This document shows, one piece after another, positions 9,628 to 18,930 of a stretch of DNA of 64,000 bases (its first letter is position 1; every line of letters begins with the position of its first letter). The notes below the pieces were generated by a model. It saw only the letters and a list, made by a program, of their open reading frames with translations. It was not told the DNA's origin and ran no database searches. The DNA comes from Chloroflexota bacterium (lineage in GTDB: Bacteria > Chloroflexota > UBA11872), in contig JAJDZD010000022.1 of NCBI GenBank assembly GCA_022824865.1, forward strand, positions 36,115 to 100,114, written 5' to 3'. The translations under genes and the position numbers were made by a program.

Positions 9628-10494
9628 ATGCCGCAGACGTACACCTTGCTCGACTTTATGCGCGACTATCCAGACGACGAAACCTGCCTCGACAAGATTC
9701 TTGAACTGCGCTACGGCACTGACCCGGTTTGCGAATCCTGCGAACGCGAGACGACCTATCACCGCATCAAGAAACGGCGCGGCTATGCCTGCCAATGGTG
9801 CGGGTCACACGTCTTTCCCTGCGCAGGGACACCGTTTGCGAAGTCACGAACACCGCTGACGAAGTGGTTCTATGCGATGTATCTCTTTACGACAACCCGG
9901 CATGGCGTACCTGCAAAGGAACTTGAACGGCAGCTAGGCGTGACCTACAAGACGGCTTGGCGCATGGGTCACATCATTCGAGACCTTATGTCGAATATCG
10001 ATATCGGGATGCTGGTTGGCGAAGTCGAAGTTGATGAATCCTACGTCGGCGGTCACCGCCCCGGCACAACCGGACGCGGCGCACAAGGCAAGACCATCGT
10101 GCTCGGTATGAAGCAACGCGGCGGGAACATGCGCGCGATGGTGATACCTGACGTAAAAGGCGCGACGATTGAACCGCTGATTCAACAACACGTCGCACGC
10201 GGTACAACCGTGCATACCGACGAATGGTGGGCATATCGGTACTTACACTGGCTCGGCTACGATCATCGCACGGTTCGGCACGGCAGAGGGCAGTACGTCA
10301 AAGACGGCAGTCACACGAATAGCATTGAAAACTTCTGGGCACGGCTGAAGCTATCGATTCGTGGGACGCACATTCATGTTTCCCGACAATACCTGCCGAA
10401 GTATCTGACCGAGTTTAGTTTTCGTTACAACTATCGGAACATGCCTGATCGGATGTTCGCGGTTTTGATGGCAACCTTGGCACAGCCTGTTTAA
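9628..10494 (+). CDS. IS1595-family (ISXO2-like) DDE transposase
   Basis: The N-terminal zinc ribbon (CESCERETTYHRI...CQWCG) plus an ISXO2-like DDE domain (VHTDEWWAYRY...) are typical of IS1595 transposases. Confidence 0.85.
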   Translation: MPQTYTLLDFMRDYPDDETCLDKILELRYGTDPVCESCERETTYHRIKKRRGYACQWCGSHVFPCAGTPFAKSRTPLTKWFYAMYLFTTTRHGVPAKELERQLGVTYKTAWRMGHIIRDLMSNIDIGMLVGEVEVDESYVGGHRPGTTGRGAQGKTIVLGMKQRGGNMRAMVIPDVKGATIEPLIQQHVARGTTVHTDEWWAYRYLHWLGYDHRTVRHGRGQYVKDGSHTNSIENFWARLKLSIRGTHIHVSRQYLPKYLTEFSFRYNYRNMPDRMFAVLMATLAQPV

Positions 10495-10684
10495 GCAAGG
10501 CGTCGAACAATGCTTTGTTACCGGGTTGCTTCGGTTTGGGTTTCGACTTTCTGCCTTCAGTTTTCTTCTTATTCATAAGACACCCCTATTTCTTGTGCAT
10601 AAAGCGAGTAGCCCAATTTGCACTTACATTCCGTTGCAGCATAATGCTATAATTAATCATATCATATCAATGGGAAGCTATAGC

Positions 10685-10807
10685 ATGAAAAACAATTCTC
10701 GCAAAACAGTAGAACCTCTCGACACTCAGTCATTTATGCTAATGATGGGCACATCTTTATTCGCAGTTACCTTTATGACTATTCTCGTTCTTTTTGCGGC
10801 AGGCTAA
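10685..10807 (+). CDS. small hydrophobic peptide (40 aa) in the AT-rich cargo, hypothetical
   Basis: MKNNSRKTVEPLDTQSFMLMMGTSLFAVTFMTILVLFAAG has a single TM. A sigma70-like TTGCAC-16-CATAAT sits about 50 nt upstream. GC content is about 40%. Confidence 0.2.
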   Translation: MKNNSRKTVEPLDTQSFMLMMGTSLFAVTFMTILVLFAAG

Positions 10808-10821
10808 GCAATTTACTTAAC

Positions 10822-11181
10822 TCACTTAGCCGTGTCTATGACAGACTTTACAACTGTCGATAGTATTCCTGTCAGCGCTGTAATCAGGGAAAGCATCGGC
10901 GCAACGATAAGAGCTATTAGTCCAAGTGCCTCTTGTCCGCGAGTCTTCGCAATCAGATAGCCGGTTACTACAGCACTAAATGCCGCGAAGAATAGCACCC
11001 AAACAAGAAAGGTAAATAGGACGAAAGCTTGGTTAAGATTCAATTTGCTTATTTCTGGGCCGATCATACTTCCCAGGGTAAGTGCGACAGTTACAGCTAC
11101 AAGTATCGCAATCCCAGTTGCGACAATTTTCCAAGGGATTTCTGGTAGTGGTTTAGGGTCGTCTTGAGTCTGATCGGCCAA
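10822..11181 (-). CDS. hypothetical integral membrane protein (~4 TM) in the AT-rich cargo
   Basis: 119 aa with hydrophobic helices separated by charged loops. AT-rich codon usage differs from the host. Confidence 0.4.
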   Translation of the reverse strand: MADQTQDDPKPLPEIPWKIVATGIAILVAVTVALTLGSMIGPEISKLNLNQAFVLFTFLVWVLFFAAFSAVVTGYLIAKTRGQEALGLIALIVAPMLSLITALTGILSTVVKSVIDTAK

Positions 11182-11432
11182 TTCGCAGCCTCCGTCGCTG
11201 TTTGTGCTTATACCGTACAGAATCCTAACACAACCGTTCTGGACACGGTACCGCCCGGCCAGCTAGGGTCACTGCGACTCGCCACAGTCACCCTACGCGC
11301 TAGCGCAATCGCGCGGTTTGGCGTCTGCGCTCCCCCGCGTATCGTCTAGCGCGTATTGACTTGTGGCGAGTCTGACACCTAGCCGCGCGACGGGGGAGCA
11401 CCTGTATCGCGCTTGCGATTCGGAGCGCCACT

Positions 11433-11750
11433 ATGAATCGCCGGACTGTTGCCGCTGCGGTCACCGCCCTGGCCCTTGCTGCCTGCGTCAAGGTCAGCGA
11501 CACGTCAACCGGGATCGAACACCTGCCGCCGGAGTTCAGCGTCGAAACCACGATCTATACGCAGGGCAGCGCGCGGTTGCCGCTGCCGTGCTTCGCGTCC
11601 CTGACGATTGACGCGGCAGGCGGGGAGACCATCATCAACTACGTCGAAATCACTGAACCTGCGTCCTACACGGTTCCGATCAGTGTGGACGGTCAGCTAG
11701 TCACCGAGTTCAATACGCAAGGGTGTCAGCCATGGACACTTGAACCGTAG
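11433..11750 (+). CDS. putative lipoprotein
   Basis: MNRRTVAAAVTALALAACVK is a signal peptide with a lipobox (LAAC). The protein is 105 aa. Confidence 0.45.
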   Translation: MNRRTVAAAVTALALAACVKVSDTSTGIEHLPPEFSVETTIYTQGSARLPLPCFASLTIDAAGGETIINYVEITEPASYTVPISVDGQLVTEFNTQGCQPWTLEP

Positions 11751-11817
11751 CGGTTCGGGCGGGATTGACGGCTGCGCAGGCGGCAAGATCAGCGGATTCT
11801 ATCGTACTTGTCGTCAG

Positions 11818-11845
11818 GGGATAATCGCGTTTCCAAAAAACTCTT
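11818..11845. repeat. right terminal inverted repeat of the IS1595-like element
   Basis: Reverse-complement match to 9541-9568. Confidence 0.55.
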
Positions 11846-12196
11846 GAGGCGCGGCGGGGTGCATTTTGGCGGGTCCGAGGCGCGCCGAGGATTGCGGCTG
11901 AAGACGACGAAACGGCGGGGCCACCGTGGAACGGCGCGTCCTGGCGAGGGGACGGAGGCGCGGTTCAGCGGGCGCGGCAGCGGACATTCGAGAACTCGGT
12001 TACGAAGACATCAGGCAGATTGTACACTGATGGCACACGACAGGCAAGCACCGCTCGTTTCGTGAACCGGCGAGGGATCACGAGAGCGCGGCGGGGGCTG
12101 GCCCGCACCGACACGCACATGCTCGGGTCGCCGTCCCGCTGTGAGGCGGGCAGACGATGAGCCGGGCTATTTCACCTGTTAGGGAGTGCCGCGCCT

Positions 12197-13066
12197 CTAG
12201 CCGACGAGGGCTTTCTCCTTCTCGATCTGCTCGTGTTCCTCGAGCCAGACCTTGAGGGGCACGTCGGCGTCGGAGGGTGAGGAGCGTCCGAATTCGTTGG
12301 TAGAGTGGCCCATCATCTGCTTGAGGATGGGGTGCGACTCGTCGTACCACTCCTGCGGGTATTCCATGTCGTCGCGGGTGCGAATCCAGCGATAGCCGTA
12401 GCCGTAGAACAGCACCCGGCGAGTCACGTCGGAGAAGTTTGGCGTGGCGGCGTGCCAGATGCGGCGGTCGAAGATGACGGCCGTGCCGGCCTTGACCTTG
12501 ACGGGGATGGCACCTTCGGGCTGGACGTCGCCTTCGCCGGGCTCGGGGAGGGTGTTGGAGAGCTGACTGCCCGGGACGACCCAGAAGTTGCCCATGCCTT
12601 CGTTGCTGACGTCGGTGAGGAAGTAGCCGACCTTGAGTGAAATGCGCGGGCGCGGGCTGGTTTCCATGTCCCGGTTCATCTGGCCGGAGTCCTGGTGCCA
12701 GCCCCAGGCGCGCTCGGACGGATCGTAGGTTCCTGGTTCCCTGCCAGTGACGGCCAGATGGGTGTGGTAGAGGTAGACGTTCCAGCCGAGGATGCCCCAG
12801 ACCTTGGGCAGCAGGCGCTCGTAGGCGACCATGTCGAAGAACGAGCGGTCAAGATGCACGAAGCCCAGCTTGTTGATGCGCTGGGTGATGGTCTTGTCGG
12901 TGCGCCCGCCTTCCAGGACGCCACTTTCGTAAAGGTCGTCGATGGTCTCAATCAGGGACTCGCGCAGGTCCTCGGGAACAGCGTCTTCGACGACCAGGAA
13001 GCCGTCGCGCTCGAACGATTCGCGCTCGTCGTCGGTCAGGGCGTATTGGAGACAACTGGGATCCAT
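12197..13066 (-). CDS. phytanoyl-CoA dioxygenase (PhyH) family Fe(II)/2-oxoglutarate oxygenase
   Basis: Carries the WHQDSG (HxD) ... IWHAATPN (His) facial triad. GAGGA lies 6 nt upstream of ATG 13066. The longer ORF to 13129 has a poor N-terminus. Confidence 0.8.
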   Translation of the reverse strand: MDPSCLQYALTDDERESFERDGFLVVEDAVPEDLRESLIETIDDLYESGVLEGGRTDKTITQRINKLGFVHLDRSFFDMVAYERLLPKVWGILGWNVYLYHTHLAVTGREPGTYDPSERAWGWHQDSGQMNRDMETSPRPRISLKVGYFLTDVSNEGMGNFWVVPGSQLSNTLPEPGEGDVQPEGAIPVKVKAGTAVIFDRRIWHAATPNFSDVTRRVLFYGYGYRWIRTRDDMEYPQEWYDESHPILKQMMGHSTNEFGRSSPSDADVPLKVWLEEHEQIEKEKALVG

Positions 13067-13150
13067 GTCCGTCCTCGATCCGTCCGGGTGCGGCGCTTCA
13101 GTATAGAAATAGCGGGGGCGGGCGGTCACCTGGCAGGGTTGCCGCCGCCC

Positions 13151-13635
13151 CTAGCCCGCGCCGCCCGCGTCGCCCGGCTGGGCGATGGTGACGACCCACT
13201 CGCCCTCGGCGCGTTCGACGTTCACTGCGAACCTGCCAGCCCTGGTTACCTGGGCGGAGGCCCCGCCCTCGCGACTGAGCGGCGGGATGATGCTGACCGG
13301 CGCGATGGGTTCGGCGTTGGGATCGTCCAGGGATTTAAGGGATGCGCTGAAGGGTTCGACGGTCCCGTCGTAGACGGCCTGCACGATGACGAGGCCTTCA
13401 CGCAGGCCGAAGGCTTCGGTTTGACCCTGGCGCAGGCCGTCGAACGAGATAGGGCGGTCAATGGCGGTGACGGTTGGCGCGGGGGGCGATGGGGGCGTCG
13501 TGGATTCGTCGGCGAGCAGCGCACCGAGGACGGACGACCGTTCCGCCGGAATCACGCCCACCACCGTGAGCGCCACAACGACGGCCAGCGCCAGCAGAAC
13601 AAGCCCGAGCAAATAGGAGTGCATTCGCAGCATGG
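13151..13635 (-). CDS. hypothetical membrane-anchored protein
   Basis: The internal start MLRMHSYLLGLVLLALAVVVALTVV (a signal anchor) is followed by a soluble domain. The upstream part of ORF 13151..13993 is S/T/R/P-rich junk. Confidence 0.4.
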
Positions 13636-13739
13636 TTCGAGCGTGCGACGCCGAAGAGATGTCCGTCAACGGCTGGACGGACCGCACGGGGCCGTCCGCC
13701 GCAGCATGAAGATCGGGCGGCGGGCCGGGATTCGTCAGT

Positions 13740-15566
13740 GTGCGCCCGGCGCTGCCACAATCGGATGACACTCGCAGCGGGAGGGACGCGGTGCGGTACA
13801 TAGCCGTCCTGGCCCGTCGCGAGGTCCTTTTTGGGGCGTTGGCCGGGTTGCTGGCGGGGGTCGTGTTCGCGCTGGCGATGCAGGCCGAGCAGATGCGCGT
13901 GGAGGTGACCGGGCTAGCCGGGGTGTCGACCTCCGGCGCCGGGCTGGTTGTGCACCTGGTGCTTGCAACGCTGATTGGCGCTGTTGTTGGCATGCAGTAC
14001 CGGCACGAACCGGGGAGCTATGCGGCGCAGATCACGCTGGGCGTCACGTTCGGGCTGTTGGGCTGGATCCTGGGGCCGCTGACGATTCGTCCGCTGGCGG
14101 AAGGACAGATTCCCGACTGGTCCATCGCGGTGGCGTCGGCCGGGTTTCCCAGCCTGATGGGGCACATGCTGTACGGGGCGCTGACCATCGGCGGCCTGTA
14201 CTGGGCCGTGGACCGCTGGGGAGGCGGCGCCGTGCTGGCACGCCCGAGCGAACGCGCGGCGGATCGCGTGCAGCGGATCGTGGTGCTGGGCGGCGGGTTC
14301 GGCGGGATGAGCGCAGCGCAGACGCTGGAGCGGATGACGCGAAAGCGGCGTGACCTGGACGTGACGCTGGTGAGCCAGAGCAACTTCCTGCTGTTCACGC
14401 CGATGCTGGCCGAGGTGGCTTCGGGCGCGCTGGAAGCGCAGCACATTGCGGCGCCGATTCGCGCGGCCTGCCCGTTCACCAACTTCATTCACGGCGACGT
14501 AGAGCGAATCGACAGCGAGCAGCGGCAGGTGCTAGTGCATGGGCGGCGCTCGGCGGAGCCGCAGGCGGTGCCCTACGACCACCTGGTGCTGGCGATGGGG
14601 TCGGTGCCGAACTTCTACGGCCTGCCGGGCCTGGCCGAGCACGCGATCACGCTGAAGACGCTGGAAGACGCGGTGGGCCTGCGGCACCGGGTGCTGTCGC
14701 AGTTGGAGCGCGCCGACCATGAGACGGACGCGGAGGTTCGACAGCGGCTGCTGACGTTTGTGGTGGCGGGCGGCGGGTTTGCCGGCGCGGAGACGATTGC
14801 CGAACTGTTCGACCTGGTGTCGAGCGTTCGCCGCTACTACCAGCATCTGCGACCGGGGGACGCGCGATTCGTGCTGGTGCATTCGCGCGACCGCATCCTG
14901 CCGGAACTTAGCGCGGAACTGGGCGAGTACGCGCTGGAGAAGCTAAGCGCGCGGGGGATCGAGTTTCGACTGGGGCGCCGGGTAGCGGCAGCGGCCGAGG
15001 GGTCGGTGACGCTGGACGACGATACGGTGATCGCCTGCGGGACGTTCGTCTGGACGGCTGGGAACCAGCCGAACCCGTTGCTGGGAACCATGGACTGTGA
15101 GACGAACCGGTCGGGCCAGATCGTGGTGGACGCCACGCTGGGGGTGCAGGACAGGCCGGGGCTGTGGGCCGTGGGCGACGGCGCGCAGATTCCGGATCTC
15201 ACCAACGAGGGTCGGCCCTGTCCGCCGACAGCCCAGCACGCGCTGCGCCAGGGTAAGCGGGTGGCCCTGAACATCCTGGCGATGATCGATGGCCGGGCGT
15301 TGAAGCCATTCCGATACCGGGCGACCGGATCACTGGTGGGGCTCGGGCACCGGACGGCGGCCGCGGAAATCTGGGGTCGCAAGTTCTCCGGGCTGCTGGC
15401 CTGGTTCATGTGGCGGACGATCTATCTGAGCAAGCTGCCGGGCCTGGAACGCAAGTCGCGCGTGGCGCTGGACTGGGCGCTGGACCTGGTGTTTCCGCGA
15501 GACATCGTGCTGACGACGGCGACCGACGGCCGATTCGGATCCGACCACCCGGAGCGCGAGTCATGA
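13740..15566 (+). CDS. type II NADH dehydrogenase (NDH-2) with a fused N-terminal ~180-aa 4-TM domain
   Basis: The C-terminal ~430 aa are NDH-2 (VVLGGGFGGM...VVAGGGFAGAE...AVGDGA). The N-terminal region has a GLLGWILGPLTIRPL...DWS...FPSLMGHMLYG domain homologous to the repeats in the downstream gene. The exact start is uncertain. Confidence 0.8.
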   Translation: MRPALPQSDDTRSGRDAVRYIAVLARREVLFGALAGLLAGVVFALAMQAEQMRVEVTGLAGVSTSGAGLVVHLVLATLIGAVVGMQYRHEPGSYAAQITLGVTFGLLGWILGPLTIRPLAEGQIPDWSIAVASAGFPSLMGHMLYGALTIGGLYWAVDRWGGGAVLARPSERAADRVQRIVVLGGGFGGMSAAQTLERMTRKRRDLDVTLVSQSNFLLFTPMLAEVASGALEAQHIAAPIRAACPFTNFIHGDVERIDSEQRQVLVHGRRSAEPQAVPYDHLVLAMGSVPNFYGLPGLAEHAITLKTLEDAVGLRHRVLSQLERADHETDAEVRQRLLTFVVAGGGFAGAETIAELFDLVSSVRRYYQHLRPGDARFVLVHSRDRILPELSAELGEYALEKLSARGIEFRLGRRVAAAAEGSVTLDDDTVIACGTFVWTAGNQPNPLLGTMDCETNRSGQIVVDATLGVQDRPGLWAVGDGAQIPDLTNEGRPCPPTAQHALRQGKRVALNILAMIDGRALKPFRYRATGSLVGLGHRTAAAEIWGRKFSGLLAWFMWRTIYLSKLPGLERKSRVALDWALDLVFPRDIVLTTATDGRFGSDHPERES

Positions 15567-17107
15567 CGCGGCGCAACGACCTGATTGCGTGGCTGCTGGC
15601 CGGCGCGGTGGCCGGGCAGGTTGGCGGGGTGGTCTACGGCCTGGTGATGCGGCACCTGGGCGTCATTGAGTCCATTGCCGCGCTGGTCCGGCTGCCTCCG
15701 TCGGCGGTGGGCGGGTGGGTCGTGCACATGATCGTGGCGGGCGTCATCGGCGCGGGGTTTGCGGCGTTGATCCGCCGACAGGAGCACAGCGCGGGCGACC
15801 TGCTGTTCTGGGGTCTGATCTACGGGGCGGTGTGGTGGATCATCGGACCGCTGACGCTGGCGCCATTGCTGATTCGCCGCGAGGCGCTGGCGTGGGATCT
15901 GACCTCGGCACAGGAGACCTTTCCGATGCTGCTGGGTCACCTGCAGTACGGCGTGACGACCAGCCTGGCCCTGCTGGTGTGGCGGCGGTCAGCCTTCGAG
16001 CGGCCAACGGTTGGATGCGCGGTGCGAGGCGTCCTGGCGGGGGTGGTCGCCGCCGGGCTGACCGGGAAGGCGCTGGTTGACCAGGGGTTGCTTGGCCACT
16101 TTGTCGGAATCGGCGATCACGCCCCCTCTGCCTCGCTGTGGTTAGGAGTACTTGCGACCGGTGCGGTGAGCGGATTGGCGTTCGCGGCGGTGGTGCCCAC
16201 GGTGCGCGATAGCGCGGGCGCAGCGCTGGTGCGGGGGGTGGTGTTTGGCTTCCTGGCCTGGATCCTGGTGCCGATGACGATCGTCGGGCTGGCCACCAGG
16301 GGCATGCTGCCGTGGGGGATGGGTTTCGCGCACGACGCCTTTCCCGGACTTCTGGCCTACCTGCTCTACGGCGGAATCCTGGGCCTGGCGTACCAGTGGC
16401 TGAGCGTGGCGTGGCGAGTGCTGTTCGCCGAGACGACGACGGACGAGGATGAGGGTTACGGCACGGAGGGGCTGCGGGCGCTCGGCCGCGGATCTGCGGC
16501 GGGAATCGCGGGTGGTCTGCTGTACACCGTGATGCTGGCGCGGCTCGGCTCGTTCGAGGGCATCGCCCAGCTGATGCGGGCCGACAACGCAGCCGTCGGA
16601 GTGCTGGTGCACGCCCTTGTCTCCGTGATCTGGGGCGCGGTTTATGGCCTGCTGTTTCGGCGGCAGACGTACGGGATCGGGTCGGCGGTGGGCTGGGGCG
16701 TCGCGTTCGGGTTCTTTATCTGGGTGGTTGGACCGAACACCCTATTCGCCGTGCTGACGGGGCAGACGCCGGACTGGTCGGCGGACAGCACGGCGCCGCG
16801 GACGGCTTCGCTGGTTGGCCACCTGGTGTACGGGGCGGTCCTGGGGGTGGGATTCCACTACTTCGAGTCGCGTCACAACCCCTGGTGGCAGCCGCGCCGC
16901 GAGCGGCTGGAAGCTCGCGCGGATCAACGCCGGCGGCAGTTGCAAACGTCCGCGCCGGCGATCTGGGCGCTGGTGATGCTGGTTGCGCTCACGCTGCCGA
17001 TTATCTTCGGCGGGTCCGACGAGATGGGACGCAACGCCATGAGGGCGGAGTCCACCTCGAGCGAGGAACGCGGGCCGCCGATGGATGACATGCAGCCGAT
17101 GCGGTGA
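15563..17107 (+). CDS. integral membrane protein made of three tandem ~130-150-aa repeats of an uncharacterised 4-TM domain
   Basis: The ATG overlaps the NDH-2 TGA (ATGA). Each repeat carries G..YGLVM...W..GP.T..PL....DW......FP.LLGHL.YG. The same domain forms the N-terminus of NDH-2. Confidence 0.65.
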   Translation: MTRRNDLIAWLLAGAVAGQVGGVVYGLVMRHLGVIESIAALVRLPPSAVGGWVVHMIVAGVIGAGFAALIRRQEHSAGDLLFWGLIYGAVWWIIGPLTLAPLLIRREALAWDLTSAQETFPMLLGHLQYGVTTSLALLVWRRSAFERPTVGCAVRGVLAGVVAAGLTGKALVDQGLLGHFVGIGDHAPSASLWLGVLATGAVSGLAFAAVVPTVRDSAGAALVRGVVFGFLAWILVPMTIVGLATRGMLPWGMGFAHDAFPGLLAYLLYGGILGLAYQWLSVAWRVLFAETTTDEDEGYGTEGLRALGRGSAAGIAGGLLYTVMLARLGSFEGIAQLMRADNAAVGVLVHALVSVIWGAVYGLLFRRQTYGIGSAVGWGVAFGFFIWVVGPNTLFAVLTGQTPDWSADSTAPRTASLVGHLVYGAVLGVGFHYFESRHNPWWQPRRERLEARADQRRRQLQTSAPAIWALVMLVALTLPIIFGGSDEMGRNAMRAESTSSEERGPPMDDMQPMR

Positions 17108-17174
17108 TTCGTGTGATCGCTGACCTGCGAGCGCGCCAACACACGCGTTGACGCCGCCAGCGTCGATAGTCCGC

Positions 17175-17792
17175 CTACGGTCGTCCGGCGCGTGTGTAGT
17201 CCGTCGGGTCGCTCACCGCTTTGTAGTCGTCGAGGTCCAGCCAGTGGCACCAGATTCGCCGAGGAGCTTCCACATGAATCCGGCGATTGCTGGTTGGGCT
17301 TTTCCAGGCCGCCAACTCAACGCGAGGGCCGGGACTGGTCCGCAAGGCGACCCATTCGAGAGCCGGACGAAGATCGGTATCGGTGGAAACGACAATCGCA
17401 ATGTCGAAATACCGACTGACCGCGTGCGTCACCAGATCAACCGCCAACTGAACATCAATGCCCTTTTCCTGCGGTTTGGAGGCTGGAAAGTCGGGGGGAT
17501 ATCGCAAAGGCCGCCACGCGACGTGGACTCCCGCCGACTCCCACGCGGCGCACTGACTCATGTGCGCTCTGTAGTTCTTCGGATGCTTCCGCGCGTCGGG
17601 CCTGCCCAAGTACATGCGCACCTGCATGAGTTCGCGATCAAAGCCGCCGGGTGCCCGTTGGACCAGAAGATCGCCAATCGCTAGCGGGTCGAACTGGCCG
17701 TCGGTGAAGTGCGTGCCATCAGGGAAGAATGCGTTTCTTGCGCCCATCCGCGTGTTCTCGGCGTCGACATACACGACGACGCGATCAGGCAC
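17175..17792 (-). CDS. NYN-domain (LabA-like, PIN-like) ribonuclease family protein
   Basis: VVVYVDAEN...IAIVVSTDTDL motifs are characteristic of NYN/DUF88. Confidence 0.7.
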   Translation of the reverse strand: MPDRVVVYVDAENTRMGARNAFFPDGTHFTDGQFDPLAIGDLLVQRAPGGFDRELMQVRMYLGRPDARKHPKNYRAHMSQCAAWESAGVHVAWRPLRYPPDFPASKPQEKGIDVQLAVDLVTHAVSRYFDIAIVVSTDTDLRPALEWVALRTSPGPRVELAAWKSPTSNRRIHVEAPRRIWCHWLDLDDYKAVSDPTDYTRAGRP

Positions 17793-18041
17793 AGAGTCCT
17801 GCCAAAAAATAACCCCGCCAATTCACTGCCTCAAGGCAGCGAAGGGCGGGGAACATTGAGGAAAGTATCAGTCAGGCGCTCCCGCCTGTCAATGGCATTG
17901 CAACTCGTCCGCCAGTCGTCTCGGCGACGCACGAACCGGGCAGCGCGCATTCAAAATGGGGCACCGCAGGGGCTCCAGCCCCCGCGGCACCCCAATTTCA
18001 CTCCATCTGCGGGTCGAGCAATCCCTAAGCGGAGGCTCGCC

Positions 18042-18815
18042 TTACTCGGGGTAGCCGACGGTGTTGCTCAGGGTGCCGTTGCCTTCCAGCTCGACTTCGG
18101 TTACGTCGCCGCTCTTCATGGGCTCGGTGCTGCCGGAAGTGCCGGTGAAGATGGCGTCGCCAGCCTCGAGCGTCATGTAGGTCGAGACGAAGCTGACGAT
18201 CTGCTCAACGTTGAAGATCAGCTCGCTGGTATTGGTGTGCTGAACCACTTCGCCGTTGACGCGGGTGGTCATCTCCAGGTTGCCGTAGTCCAGGCCGGTG
18301 GTGACCCAGGGACCGAACGGCGAATATGTGTCGGCGCCCTTGCCGCGCCACCACTGGCTGTCCGGCTCGCCGTTGGTCTCACCGTTCTGCCAGATGCGCT
18401 CGCTGATGTCGTTAGCGGCGCAGACGCCCAGGACGTAGTCCTTGACTTCGTCCTCGCTGACCCGCGAACAGCGCTTACCGATGATGACGGCCATTTCGCC
18501 TTCGTAGTCGAGTCTCTCGCAGCCCTTCAGCCAAGCGATGGTTCCGCCGGGTTCGAGGACGGACGACGGCGGCGCCAGGAACGGCTGAGGTCGCGAGAAA
18601 GGCGGCGAGTCGCCCATGTGGCTGAGGTAGTTGCCCGCCAGGTTGACGATCTTGGTGGGCGAGGTGGGCGTGAGCAACTGCACGTCGGCCAGGGCCACCG
18701 TGTTGCCGGTGCGCTCCAGGTCGCCGAAGAGGTCGCCCGAGATTTCGGCGATGGTGTCGCCTTCAACGATTCCGTGGTGGACTTCGCCGTCCACGCTGTA
18801 ACGCGCAAGGTGCAT
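18042..18815 (-). CDS. fumarylacetoacetate hydrolase (FAH) family protein (2-keto-4-pentenoate hydratase / HpaG-like)
   Basis: Carries KIVNLAGNY, DYEGEMAVIIG and TGTSGS motifs. GGAGG lies 6 nt upstream of ATG 18815. The remainder of ORF 18042..19022 is Arg-rich. Confidence 0.8.
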   Translation of the reverse strand: MHLARYSVDGEVHHGIVEGDTIAEISGDLFGDLERTGNTVALADVQLLTPTSPTKIVNLAGNYLSHMGDSPPFSRPQPFLAPPSSVLEPGGTIAWLKGCERLDYEGEMAVIIGKRCSRVSEDEVKDYVLGVCAANDISERIWQNGETNGEPDSQWWRGKGADTYSPFGPWVTTGLDYGNLEMTTRVNGEVVQHTNTSELIFNVEQIVSFVSTYMTLEAGDAIFTGTSGSTEPMKSGDVTEVELEGNGTLSNTVGYPE

Positions 18816-18930
18816 GCTCTGCCTCCGAGTGCCATATCCGACAGTGACGGCGAAAGGATACCGCGCAATCCTCGGACGCTCTGTGCCGAGTGGCCAAAGC
18901 CCCTGCGAAAGCGGCGCTAGAGGCTCCTGA

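Larger units (their letters stand above)
9541..11845. mobile_element. IS1595-family insertion element or transposon-like unit with cargo
   Basis: Terminal inverted repeats read aagagttttttccaaacgcgattatccc (9541-9568) and gggataatcgcgtttccaaaaaactctt (11818-11845). They match 26/28 and extend imperfectly to about 44 bp. Between them lie the ISXO2-like transposase gene, a ~40% GC segment and a lipoprotein gene. No clear 8-bp target-site duplication was found. Confidence 0.5.

Noticed and set aside
9530-11860. Target-site duplication for the IS1595-like element
   Set aside because: The 8-bp flanks (gcgcgaat versus gaggcgcg) do not match, so no TSD can be claimed.
17709-18920. 403-aa ORF on the plus strand
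   Set aside because: Antisense to the FAH-family gene. Arg-rich.
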